A DNA stretch of 64,000 nt from Leptogorgia sarmentosa (lineage: Eukaryota), in NCBI GenBank assembly GCA_964658305.1, contig OZ210884.1, positions 8,246,001 to 8,310,000 on the forward strand, given 5' to 3'. Positions 36,187 through 49,800 of the stretch are shown here, piece by piece. Below the pieces are notes generated by a model. It was not told where the DNA came from, did no database searches, and saw nothing but the letters and a program-made list of their open reading frames with translations. Every line of letters begins with the position of its first letter. Position 1 is the stretch's first letter. A program made the position numbers and the translations under genes.

Positions 36187-39100
36187 ATGGTGTTGTATCA
36201 TGACACTGAGAAGGATGTAGTATTCCTGATCGAAGGAACGTCAAATCTTGGCTTACACTATGCGAAATTCAAACCATATCTTGAGAAATTTATTGAGTAA
36301 GTATCCATTTTTATGCTTGAGGAAATAGATGTGGGATCGAAATGAATATCTGTGCTTCACCTCATCGATCTGCCTTAATCGAATGCTTTAAATTTGTAGC
36401 AGTCTTTTATACTCAAGCATAAATCTGTAACAATCTATACATTGTGAAACATGAGACATCCAGAGTACTGTACTATTAATTCGTTTTATCGATAATCGAT
36501 GAAAAAACATCATTCCACACCAATTAAATGAATGATTTCTTTCATCAACGATCAGTTGGTGTCGATTCGACCTCTAATCCATTTTAGTCTGACATACTAG
36601 TATACTATTGCTGATGCTGTAATTTGATTGGCTACATGCTCTACTCACTTACTATCTATTCCTTGATTCTGGCTCGTTATATTTCATGTTCGATGTCTGA
36701 GTCTACTAAAACAATCAGACTACTTGCTCTCAATCTCAGGCTTTGCCTCATCAATCAACAACATTGAAATCTCCATCTTGTAATCAATGTAACCGTTAAG
36801 TCTGTAATTAATTGAAAGACAAGACACAACTTTTTTTTAAACAAATGTGAAAGGCTAAAGGCACTATTTAATTATATGTTTGGAATCTAATTTAAAGCCT
36901 TGAGTATTGCTTAATGAAGACATGATACTTACTGTGTGTGAAAAGTCATGGTCTTCCTTGAGTACTCCAATTTCTTCCCATAGGGATTATTGAGAAAATG
37001 GTTTGGGGTAAGTCCCTAATTGGGATTAGTCCTGAGACTAATAATTTTGTCTTTAATTTTGTGGCACTGTTCACTTGAAACTGCGAAATCAATGTGATTT
37101 GAAGTCGAATGCCTCAGTGGCGAATAAAAACTAAATAAATGCAATGTCAGAGTAATTGTAACGTGAAATAATTGAAAACCCTCATGAAGCATCACTCCTC
37201 CAGCAGGAATTTGAATGCACTAGGATTGATTGACGAATTTGCTTTATGCTTCAATGCAGATATTTTAACGAAGGACCTGTTCCAGCTCAAGAATATGCTG
37301 CCCGTGTAAGTATCTGTACATCTCTACATTCAATTGAGTACAAAATGACCTTTCAAAAATGCATCATTGCAGAAAAATCCATACCCCCCCCCCAATAGAG
37401 GAAATTGAAAAAAACCCTGCTCCCCCTCTCCAAACATCCCACAGGGACCTTTCTCCTCCGTGGACATTGAGAATCTTACATAACCCCATCTCTTGGAAAG
37501 TTTAACAGGCCTTTGGACAATGTTATATCAACATGTCTGGACCCTTTGGATAATGTAAAAGGGCACCCTGTAGAAATTCTTTCTGTATATGTGGGTTGGA
37601 AGGGGTGCACTGGTATGATCCTCTTCTGGAACCACCAGTAATGTAAATTTTCCATCTTCCAACATTGCTGGTATACCTAGATCATCTTTTTCAGTATGGG
37701 AATACAAACTATTACTTGGTAACATATGGTACGACAGATGCCTATCCTGGTCCAGCTGTTAATATACTCTGTCGAACTAACAACAGTCGTAAGTTTTTGG
37801 ACCAAATCACAAACTTCAGATGTCAGGGTGGTGGAGGGGAATACCATGCTTTGCTGTCGGATGGCATGAGTGTTGCACTGGACATATTTGATCCTTTACA
37901 CGAGGGTGGGGTGAGAGAGTGCAATGTACAGAGATATTGTATTATTGTGGCTATGTCACCACCCTATCCTAATGCAACAAGTTGGGAAGGAAATCAATTT
38001 CGTGATTTGACTGTTGATCAACTAGCGGATAAAATGGGACAGGTATGTTGTTGATGTTAATTAAGGTTGGATCAAACGAGGAAGAAGCGAGGGTTTGCAC
38101 GTCAGAGTTCTGTCTGTTTTCTCATGCGCCAGTCAAACGAGGATGAGAGTTGAGAAGCGAGGGTTTGCACGTCAGAGTTCTGTCTGTTTTCTCATGCGCC
38201 AGTCAAACGAGGATGAGAGTTGAGAAGCGAGGGTTTGCACGTCAAAGTTCTGTCAACTCTCATGCGCCAGTCAAACGAGGATGAGAGTTGAGAAGCGAGA
38301 GTTTGCACGAGAGTTCTTTCAACTCTCATGCGCCGGTCAGTGAGGATGACAGTTGGTCAGAGTTGATCAGTCATTGATGTTTAAACGGTGTAAGAGAAGA
38401 CTAACTTTTTTCAACTTTTGTTTTTAGCATGGTGTTAATCTTTCCGTGATTGCACCACATAAAACAGCAACATTTCAAAATATATTTGACCAGGTAGGCC
38501 CATGTTAGAAAGATCTTATAAGTTCTTAACGTTGCTATAAAGTAGATAGTGGCCTAATACTGACTTTCAGGCACTAGCTGTATATTTCGCGTGAAGTAAT
38601 TTTTTTTATTGTTAGGCAAATCCGGATAACAAAAAATCATTGATTCCAAAAGATTTTATCAAGGAGAAAAATCACCTGGTGTGTCTTAAAGGAATTGATT
38701 TCCACGGTAAGTATATTTGATGCATGATCTTTCATCTTTGGGCTTGTTTGATTTTAAAAAAAATTATGCTACTCTGCATATTGCAAGAAAACTGCTATAA
38801 GTTTATTGTCTGCTCCCAATAGAAACGCTGAACTGGCTGTATTAGCTATGATCACACGCAACTTCACTTTAATCACACTTAAATTGAGTTATAAGTAGCA
38901 TTAGTAGAATCATACTCGTATACTATTGCAAATGCTGCAATTTGATTGGCTACTCTACTCGCTATCTATTCCTCGATAGATAGCGAGTAGCAAAATATGT
39001 GAATTTTCGTTAAAGAAAATGTCTTCTGAGACGCGGTTTTAAATTATTTTTTGCAATATTTTCATGTTTGATCTCTGATTCTACTAAAACAATTAGATTA

Positions 39101-42100
39101 CTCGCTCTCGATTTCTACGAGATGATAGTTGATTCGGGCTTCGCCCTCATCAACTATCACCTCATAGAAATCTCGAGCTCGTAATCTAATTGTTAATTAT
39201 TATACGACAATGACGTCATTTTACCATATAAGGCAAAACAGAGTGCAGATACCCGCCGTATTGCAGACCATGTGATTGTGAATATTCACTGCGAACATTC
39301 GAACTCCGGTTCGGCCGGTAAATTAACCCGGGGAATAATGAATGAGACTTCATGTTTTTGTAACAAGTTTATTAATCGTGAAAATATTGTTCATGTACTT
39401 TTACAAGCCATTTATAGAGAATTTTAGTTTCCATGCTACGAAGAAACCTAATATTTAATGGTCTTCATCATCGCTGTCCTCTGTAAAGGGGTAACCTTTT
39501 AAGAGTTTTTTGATCAGAAATTTTCTCTTATCAACAGCTGCTTGAATATCTTCTTCGGGATCAAAATTATCATCGTTCACAAAGGCATCTTTTGTTTGCA
39601 TTATTTTCTTTTGCACTGGATCATTCTTTAGTTGTTTCATCCACGAAAGACGATCTATATAGATACTTTCCAGCTCATTTTGGAGCATGGGCAGGATTTC
39701 CGAGTAAGCTTTTTGTCCAGCGGATTGCTCATCCAAACCAGTATGCATCAAATTCGTCTTCATTTCCTCAAAAGCCGTTTTATACTTTTGCATTGCTTCT
39801 TCTACCATTGGCAGCCAAGGATCATTTTCTTCCTCCTCAGTTTCGTCGTCAACTGTCACACATTTTTTACAATTCGGATACGTATCCGGATACGTATCTG
39901 GACAAGTATTCGGATATGTATCTGCACATGTGTTTGGATACGTATCTTGACACGTTCCCCATGCATTCTAATTACTTCCGGCGCCGGCTTCCAAAGCGTG
40001 GCTATAGCGTACGTCACACGGCTGTTTAACCAATCAGAGCGCGGCTATAGCGTACGTCACGCTTTTCAACCAATCAGAGCGCGGCTATAGCGTAACGTCA
40101 CGCTGTGTTCGTCACGCTGTTCAACCAATCAGAACACGATATTCTAATGAGTTGACAGCCTTTATAATACTGCTGTTATCATAGAATGACTGTATCATGA
40201 AATTCACTGTACTTAGTATTTCATAAAGCTACAGAATCTATATAGTAAAGAACATGTCTTTAATATTTATTTTCTCCAAACCTGAATGTATTTTCTTGTC
40301 ATTTCCTACAGTTGTATCTGCAGAGGATCTTGTCGTTCATGGTCCGTCCGTCCAGTCACCTGTTCAACCTCCTGTGGTTGTTCCAAAAGTTGAGTTACCA
40401 AGCAATAATCCAGAAACTGTTGAAGGTAATCACTCCTCTATATAGACGTAATATTGCGAATCATGCAAGGGTTGTGATATCAGATGAAAACCCCAATTTA
40501 AGTTTAGTATAATTGCGAACTGCCATCTTTACCTATACCGTTTGTGCCAAGGCTACGTTTTGAAGTCAAGCGCTAGTGCTGCATGTTTGAATTTGGATAG
40601 TTCAACTCCCAACTGAGCCCAGGATTGCGTAAAACGTTATCTATAGTAGATATAATCTGTATAAATTTGCTCATTATGTAACGGTTCTAAATATAGTTCC
40701 AGATCCAGTTCAAATAAAAACAGATGGCGGAAATAATCCAGGTAAGGTTTCGTCTTTGTTTATGACTATACCTTTATAAATTCGACCAGGTCTTGGAGAG
40801 AATTTGAGATTTGAGAAGTGCTTCTGAATTTCAGATTGTGTACTTGCTCATGAACGATTCTTCATGCACATTTAACCTTTATGTCTGTTAAGCCGATTCA
40901 AAGAACATCATCCAACATAGTGTTCAAATGAGGCCAACATGTTGTATCCAACAATGTTAGATGATGTGGGACCAACATGGTGGCTTCGTTTGAACAGACT
41001 TCCAGTGTGCACAACTGACTGGACAAACCGTGACCGTTATTGATTGAATTTTTTTCTCAAGGAAATGCACCTGCTGCTACGTCCCAAATGTTAGCTTGGA
41101 CTGGTTGTTTGAAATGGCAAGAAACGGTAATTCATTCTTTATTTTTTTTTGGATTTTGATTTCCATGGGGTCATGACGTCCTACGCGACATAGTTTTTCA
41201 AATTTTTCCAGCCTCTAAAATTGAGACCGCGCCGTCAAAGTCTAAAATCATAATCTCCCCTTTTATATACCAAATCTAGATCCGTTCAGAAACCGGTCAA
41301 AGTACAAAAGTTACGCGAATTTTATCTTGCCACGTATCTACACCTCCTGCTGATAATTTGTAAGTATAGATGAACACTTTGTATGGGACTATCCAGAAAC
41401 ACTTGAGGTCTCACGTAGCGAAAAATGTCTGTGTGGTTGTTACGATACAATATTGTGCTATTTATTGCGGATCTAAAATTTGCATTTTTTTGCCATGAAA
41501 TGTGCTCTGTGCAATCTGAAACTTGCCCTTGATTTCCGTCTTATTTTTCCGTTCAGGCAAACTGACAAATGGCCCAAGGAGCTGATGATGCAACTCATAC
41601 CTCAAACATTATTGGTAAGTACTTGTATTTGCTAATGTTATAACATTTGTCGATTGAGAGCATGTTCATTTAGGTCGTATAATATTAGGCTACTTGCGCG
41701 TGACGTCACACATGACGCGCTTCGTAATTTTGCCGCCTTTTTAATTTGGGGGGAAAAACAAAGCCAACATACAATATGAAAATGTGTCTGTTTTCAAAGC
41801 CAGTAGGCGTGATTTTTTATTGAAATATGGTATTTTTTTTAAATATAAGAAATTCATTTTTTAAATATAAAATATAGCTATATAGATTTTGCATTATTGT
41901 TATTTTTAGACAAGCTTGGGTGGATTGCTTCACAATTCCAGGACAGTCAGTTTTCATTTTGCTGCTAACGATCCAGAATCACTGAGAGCGTTGTACCGTG
42001 TGATGGCAACCACTCGCGTGCGATTTGTAAGTTTGCCATCTTAATAAAACCTGATGTGCATGTCTTGTACTCAAGTGGAGATTCATCTTGTCCCGGCGAG

Positions 42101-43600
42101 ATCCCACCATTATCTTCGAGAAACTCGCTAAGGCAAATGGTCCTTTCCCCTTTTAGACAAACATTCATCGTCACAGTTGTAAAAAGCATCATTAATTTGT
42201 TAAATTAAGTTATAAATATTATATTTGTAAAAAAGCATCATTAAGTTGTAAAATAAGTTTGGTCGCAGAATACGTAAAATGTGGAAAAATACTTTTGTAT
42301 TAGGTAAGGCGAAGTTTACGATGATGCTCTTTCTAACTGTGTTGATGAAATTTCTAAAGAAAATGGTCCATTGAGTAACAACATACCTTTTGTTTCAGGC
42401 TGGATGTGTTCATTTTTTGAACCCAGAAAACCAATGTAATGTGAAGATATTGTTGCTGATATTCAGTCCCCGGAAAAGAGCTTTTGTTGGACTCATACCA
42501 ATTGATCAGGTAGATCATTTACAGTTTGAATCCCCAAACCAGTAATTGTAAAAATATTTTATTGAATGCGTTAGGGAAAGCGGAAAGCTAAGTGTAGTTT
42601 AGTTTTGGCTCCCATTTACACTTTCCAATCTGTTTTTGCTATTATAACTTATTTGCTATTTTTATTTAATTTTGCTATGTCCTAATTTACAATATTAGGT
42701 GCTACCAAAACATAGGGACTGTATGTAAAAATAGCAGCATTTATAGATACTGTAGATATAGCTACACTAACATGCAGCGACTTACAATTTACAAAAATTA
42801 CAATTCTTCCTTTTTGTTGCAGGATAAGTTTCTGACTGCAATGAAAGTAAGTTGAAATATGAAATATCCGTCAGAATTCTGCTTCTGCGGATGTCTGTGT
42901 AATCAGGTCTCAAATCCGCCAAAATGATTGAATTAGGTGAATTTTTTTTTGTTTTATATTAATAAATATTTGAACCAAATTTATCTTATTTCATTAAATC
43001 AATGACTGTCGCTAAAAATGTGTGAAAGCACGCAATAAAAATATATATTTACATGCGGAAAATTCAATTTATTCCAAATTTTCAACAACCATAAAAGAAC
43101 CAAAAAATGGTGGATTTTAAGGCCTGCTCGCATAACAGAGAAAGGCTAATTATCATGAGCGAAAATTTTTGTAAAAAATGTTTATTTTATTGTTTTAGAA
43201 ATTGATTCAAAACCACAAGGAACAACAAGTGGTAAGTTGTCATAAAGTACAAATCTTTTTATTTATTTGTCTTATTTGTTCCGTACATTTATGCGTACAC
43301 TAAAGATTAATGTGACCGTCCATCAAAATGTTGTTACTAGAGCTCTTTCGTCCCGGAGGAGGAGATAGATAGATTAATTAAATAACATTGCAGCTCATTG
43401 AAGCTGAATTGCGTAAACTATGGAACGGTGACTAAATATTTCGGGAGATTGGTCGAAAATTTTGGAAAGTTCATAATTTTTGGCGGTGTGATGTAGTACA
43501 TCGTTTTGTATACCTGTAGGTTTTGAACATTTCTCTGTTTTAACAGCTACAAGCAATGAAAATACGTCAACAGAAGATTCAACAATTACAACTTCAACAA

Positions 43601-43641
<41 letters not shown>

Positions 43642-45464
43642 GCAGCAACAACAACAAAAGCAGCAACAAGTACAACAACAGTTGCAACAACAGCGTGCAC
43701 AGCAGTTGCAACAACAGCAACAACAACAACAACAACAACAAAGACTGCTAGGAATTGCTGCTAACCAATCTCCACAAAAACCACTGGATATGCCTTCACC
43801 ACTACAGGTAAACAGTAATGTATCATGCATACTCATATATAGGATATTTAACGGTGGCGCTAAAAAATGGGTGGTGAAAACAATATGTTCTTTATATTAT
43901 ATCGAGATGAAATTTGAAGCAATGCTACAAATGATTCGAGACGTACCGAGCGGCAACAATGTTATGGAGTCAAATCCCCTGAAAAATAATGGACCATTTC
44001 CCTACTACGCGAACTTTTGGATTAGGAAAATTAACGATCAATCCGGCGAACGGCCATTTTGAAAAATGTCCCAGAGACTCCAGATTTTTCGACTAAGCAG
44101 ATTGCTGCAACCGTTGTAGTCGCTTCAACGTCTATACTAATTTTTGATAAATATACATTCTCCTTTCAGATTCCTAATGTAGGAGGGAATATATCTGCGC
44201 AACAGTTACAGAAAACCCTTAATCTTAGTAACCCTATTCTTCCACAACCAAATGCGAATAAACCGCAACAACCCATGTTACAAAATTCTGAGCTGATGCA
44301 AATTATACAACAGGTACAGTGAATGATTTATTTACTGATAATCATTTATTCATAATCACTAGGATTAGTTTTAAGAGGACAAGGTTTAAGAAACATTTTA
44401 CCAAGCAGAGATTTTTTGAATTTCTTTAGCATCAGAAGATGCGACAGACGCAAGGAGGAGCTGGTGGGAATAATTCTTCTACTCAACATCAGAAAAAGCT
44501 TTTGCTTGCTTTTCAACAAATGCAGAAAAACAAACAACAACCATTACAACAAGCACAGCTACAACAACTACAATCTCACCTGCAACAATTGCAACAGCAA
44601 CAGCTACAACAGCAACAAAAGGTTTCCCAACCCCAGTTACAACAACAATTGCAACAACAACCTTTAACTCAACAGCAACAGCAACTGCAACAACAACTAC
44701 AACAGCAAAAGCTGCAACAACAAAAACAACAAATACAACAGCATCTACAACAGAAACAGCAACAACAACAAAAACAACAGCTGTTGCAACATAATCAACA
44801 ACTACCATTTCAACAACAAAAATTACAGACCCCTCAACAAAAACAGTTGTTTCAACAGCAACAACAACAACAGTTAAAGCAACTTTTGCATCAGCAACAT
44901 CTTAACAGCCAACAACAGCAACTGATGCAACAAAACCAACCTCAACAACAGACGCAACAGCAGTTGCAGACACTCCAGCAACAACCACAGCATCAACAAC
45001 TGCAACAGTTACAATCATCACAACCTATGCAACAAGATATACAGGAGCAACATTCCTTGCAGCAACAACAACAAAAAGAAGACACAGACCAACAACGCAG
45101 CTCACAACTGCAACAGCAAGATACCAGTAAGCAACAAATGCAACAAAAACAGCAAATGCAGTTGCAACAGTCACAACAATTGCAGAGCCAGCAGACACAA
45201 CAGCAACAACATCAAGCGCCATCACAACAACAGCAGCAGCAGAAACAGTCGCTTGGGAAGCAAGCGTTGTCATCACATAATATTTTTGCTCAGCTTGCCC
45301 AGCGAACTCAAAGCCAAGGACAATTAAATACACAACCGCTGTCAACTGTACCGCGGCCTCAGCAGTTACCTCAAGGTACACTGCCGCAAGAGACGATGAT
45401 TCAGAGCAAAGTTACTTCGGGGTTGTCGTCAGACGACAGTAGTCTATTTGAGCTATTGAAGTAA
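36187..45464 (+). CDS. MED25: Mediator subunit 25 (VWA + ACID/PTOV domain + long polyQ tail), 17 coding exons
   Basis: Exons: 36187-36296, 37260-37305, 37695-38042, 38428-38493, 38616-38706, 40312-40425, 40697-40741, 41062-41126, 41280-41359, 41557-41614, 41910-42026, 42399-42509, 42823-42846, 43199-43231, 43547-43807, 44170-44313, 44430-45464. Motifs DVVFLIEGTSNLG, FRCQGGGGE, LAWTGCLKWQE, WPKELMMQLIPQTLL and AGCVHF…FVGLIPIDQ match MED25. Confidence 0.93.
38074..38345. repeat. ~70-bp tandem repeat (~4 copies) in a MED25 intron
   Basis: gaagcgag.gtttgcacg recurs at 38084, 38154, 38224 and 38292. Confidence 0.9.
38920..39198. mobile_element. Dispersed repeat ending in a 107-bp imperfect palindrome (39088-39194); a degenerate second copy lies at ~36600-36810
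   Basis: Both copies share atactattgc..atgctg.aatttgattggctac…ctatctattcct and ctactaaaacaat.aga.tac…gcct.atcaa. Confidence 0.75.
39455..39859 (-). mobile_element. Intronic antisense ORF fragment, possibly from a Polinton/Maverick-like or endogenous viral element
   Basis: A 134-aa helical, acidic, protein-like ORF (NDPW…QLKNDPVQKKIMQTKDAFVNDDNFDPEEDIQAAVDKRKFLIKKLL). The frame stays open to ~39967 through DTYPNTC repeats and has no ATG. The family link is from recollection only. Confidence 0.4.
39998..40135. repeat. ~42-bp tandem repeat (3 copies) with CCAAT and CRE-like cores
   Basis: ggctatagcgtacgtcac…aaccaatcagagcgc is repeated. Confidence 0.85.
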
Positions 45465-46839
45465 TAATTCCCTCACGGACATTCTAATTTATTTATAGTG
45501 CGAGTACTAGCTGATCTGACTGTGGGAAAAAGGTCTGGTGCTAGCTACCAAATACAAATCCATTTTGCTGTTTTAATCACTTATCGCTTTTATTTACCTT
45601 ATTGAAACTTGTTCAAACTTAGTAATGATGTTTTGTATCTATCAGAAATACGGTAAATTATATTCCGTGAGAAATTTAGTAGTTTGGTTCGAAAAAAGGA
45701 TTTGTATTCGGAAACTAGCTAGTGCCAGTTTTTCCCATGTTTTCAGACAACTGGTTATTAAATTAATTAATAATTATCTATCAATATAATCATCTTAGAA
45801 TTCAATATGTGATATAATGACGAATTTACCAATTGCAATAAAACAAAATGTTTTTTAGTTGTTGTGCAAAAATCATTGACGGCGGCAATTTTGCTGTAAG
45901 GTGGTATAGGGAAATGTTACGGCCCGTTCGGGCCATAAGTAAGCCTTCGTAAGAATTATAAAATTCCTTAATTTTTCCCAAAGTAGGTGAAATTTGACAA
46001 TAGTTTTTATATTGGCAAGAACCGAAATGATGCAGAATTCCTGTTTTTAAGGATTGTTATAGAATAAATGGCAAGTCTTCGTGTGTTCTCGCCACTGAAC
46101 TCCAAGTAATCTGGAATGATACCGTCATACAAACATGCTTATACTTGCCTGAAGCCAATATGGCGCCTCAAAACTCCAAAGATTTGGCTGTATATACACA
46201 CTTAATTCCTATTTTTTACCTTTAGGAAGCGCTGACACTTTTTCTTTTTAAAGGATAGTAGAATAGTCTCGAACTCTTTCTAGAAAGCCCAAAACCTCGC
46301 TCCTGAATTTACCTGCGAACTACGCAATCTAGCTGAAAAGGATGTATATAGCTAGCTTTCAACCAGGAGACAAAAGTATCAAAATTATTGTATTTTATTT
46401 TAAATAAACATGAAACAGAAAAGGACGTTGGAGAAAAATATTTCAGAGTGAAAATGCAACATACACACCAGAAAACACTAAAACTTAATCAAGAAAAGTA
46501 TTTAACGTTATATTATTGGCACCATAACGTATTGACATCGCACGCATATGCAGATTCAGGTTTAGCATTTTCGGCTTTTTGCTCCTCTCATTTCGATTTG
46601 CTAAGCCCTACCAGATTTGAATCCTGGATCTGCCATTGGATAAAGTCTTATTTTAAAAACGATATTGTCATGGTGGCAGCCCCCATTAATTGCTAGCAAG
46701 ATTAAACTGTCTGAACGCGAAAACTGTCGATATAAACTATCCACAACACGAACTTATTCTATAAAAACTTCTGCTGCCTTAAAAATATACAAATAGTTCA
46801 TTTAATAGTTCCCTTCACTGACTATTATTCTTGGTTGTA

Positions 46840-49800
46840 TTAGTATTCTTCCACCAGATGGATAAGCAAAGCTGTTACGATCAGACCAATCAGCTATGAA
46901 AGAAAAGAAATGCTTAGCTTTCAACACACTAAATCCTTTTTCCACAAGGCAAAACTTTTCGCGCGAACAGAGAAAAGAAGCACTCCGATTGGCTGGCGAC
47001 AAACACTGATGGCATCACCAGCCAATCGCATTCTTGTTCCCGCGAAAATAAATCGCCAAGTGGCCTAAAAAACTACAGTTTCAAATGTGGGTAAAACTTA
47101 CTTGCAATATTGAAACTCCAAGCCCAACCGAACCCAAAATAAGCAAATTAGCTTCAATGTAATCCGATAACTTCTGAATACAGCCCTGTTGCAAAAATAA
47201 ACATTGATTGAAGAAGAGAAATTATTTATAGGAAAGAAAGTAGGATAGTACCTTATAGTTTATATTGGAAGGATGAGTCACTTCGCCACAGCCTTTTTTA
47301 ATTGGTGGTTTACAACAACTATCCGGTACTCTTAATTTATCTGTTGTAGTAGCATTTCCTTTATCACCACCAGTAAACCATACAGTCTCGTTCCATTGAT
47401 AATGATATTTTGCGCCACAACACCAGTACTGGAATAAAAAATATAACTGGCTTTCTTTGGAGAGAAATATCATGTTAGGATTTAGGAGCTGGTAAACTTC
47501 TGGTACTATACACTGTATCTTAGATTACACCACCAATATTTTATTGAGTGTCAAAGGGAAAAAATGAGAACAGTGAGATGGGCCATGTAGCTACAAAACA
47601 TACCTTTTCTTGTACGCTATCAATTGCCTTTGTCTCCTTATCGTGGAACTTATATTTATTCATTGCATTCACGAAACTATCTTCTAATTCACTTTCAAGC
47701 TACAAGAAATAAATTTTTTATTAAAACGAAGATTTTCTGTATGTCACGTATCTCGCGCTCAAAACTCAAGTTCAAAATTTTGGAGAGTACGCCAAAGAGA
47801 AATTTACGTTTGAGATCTTGCTTTTATTGCTGAAACGCTGGTTATATACGAACATAAAAGCTCCTATAATTTTTATATTTCTTTTACTTTCTAAAAACTC
47901 AAACACAGTTTTAAAGATTGCAAACACATTTTTGTCGAGGCAGTAATCATAGAAAAATTTGATTTTGAGAGGAACGCCAAAAGGATTTCAGGTTTCGAAC
48001 ACATTTTGTCCAAAATACGCGAAATGTATGGAAAAAATTATCCTCAGTTATTAAGACATATTACAGTACAGTACATAATTTGTCATTTTTCCAATGTGGC
48101 AACGTGAACATTTTTATTTTGTGTTTAACAGCAAGTATTACAAAAAGTGCCCCTTTCAAATATGTAATTGAAAATACAACAAACCTGGTTTCGATAAACG
48201 AAGGCAACAATACCAGCTGATAATTCCACCAAGAAGACACAAACAACCATTACAAAGAACTAGAAAATATAATTAAACCTTAAATCAACTGAGAGAATAT
48301 AAAAGTACTTGTATAATACAAAATTAAAGACATTCAAAATGTAAGTGTGCATAATTTCAACTTTGCAGTCTATGAACACAGAAATACATATTTGCGCGGC
48401 ATGACGGAGTTGCCTTTGCACTGCAAAAGGGTGTTAACTCCAGTTACATTTTGGCTAAATTTCCCACTTTCATCACACCGAATGTATTCAGACTTAATAC
48501 TTACAGCAATAAGCATGAACCTGTTATCCTTGATGCTACCACAACATCCGAGGAAGCCAACAATAATGACAACAATACCAGCTACTATCATCAATGACAC
48601 AACAATGATGTAATTATCACTTCCTAGAAGACTGCTATATTCAAATCTCTCAACCACTGTCCATATGGCAGCACCAACTAAGGCTATTCCAGCACACTAA
48701 AAAAATCAAATTCACACTATTGATACAGTGCATATTAAACTGGCTGTATTGAAATTTATTGTAAGTGGGGGTGGGTAAGTGGAATGTGCAAATCATCATT
48801 ACTTCAACGATGCAGTTCAACATACAGTATGATGTAAGGCAGGGGTGTTGAAACTAGGAGGGGTTGAGTGATTCATTTATTCCTCCCCACTCCTCAATTT
48901 TTTTTATTTCTAGGGTCGCTTTTAGCATTTTTAAGCATGTTTATTGATATATAAAAGCCACATGCATATCAGAGATTTGTTCCAACAACCAAAATCACTA
49001 CCTAAATGATACAATGAGACTTGATATTTCTAAGCACTCGTGCTTGAATGGTAGAATCTTATTGTATTGTTTAGGTGCTGTAGTGAGTGAAACTCTTATG
49101 CTTTTTGGATTCTCCTGGTATGTATTATATAGAGCAACACTCATTAATGATTATTATAGAAAATATGTATACAAAACAATAGTCTAACAACCATGAATCC
49201 TCAATTAAAGGCGCAGATTGGAACTTCTGGCATATAAACATTACGAATTCCACGTGATTCAAAATGTTACAAATTATAGAACAATTAGAACAATCAACAC
49301 ATTCTAACTGGCTACTACGCTAGAAAAATAAACACGGACAGTCGATGACAAATCGTGCTTTATACAATTCATAAAATTACAACAATGCTGTCGATCAGTT
49401 TGCAACACAAAATTTTCTTAATATTCAACCACCATATGTTATAAATGGGCCGCATCGAGTTTGGAGCATGCTGGATAATAAATGTGTCTGGTATCAGCGA
49501 CATATTTGTGTAGCATTATTTACAAATAAACTCGAAGACGCTCTGTCAAACTGGACAATATTGGACCATTCACTACAAGCTAGCTATCTGAAACCAAATA
49601 TAGAATTCACAGATTTGATTCACATAATTTCGATCTTAGCAACATGTACACACGAAATGTAATCGAACGAGAGCCATAAAATAATCATCTTTAAATGGTG
49701 TGCCTTATTTACCGTAAATAAACCGTCTTTACTTACCCAAAAGAGTAACACAAGAACATAAAGAATCGTCTTTAAACATTTTACATTAAAGCAAGCGTTT

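Noticed and set aside
43395..45381. Poly-Cys, poly-Ala and poly-Val ORFs on the minus strand (43395, 43594, 44479, 45025)
   Set aside because: These are antisense shadows of the MED25 CAA/CAG tracts.
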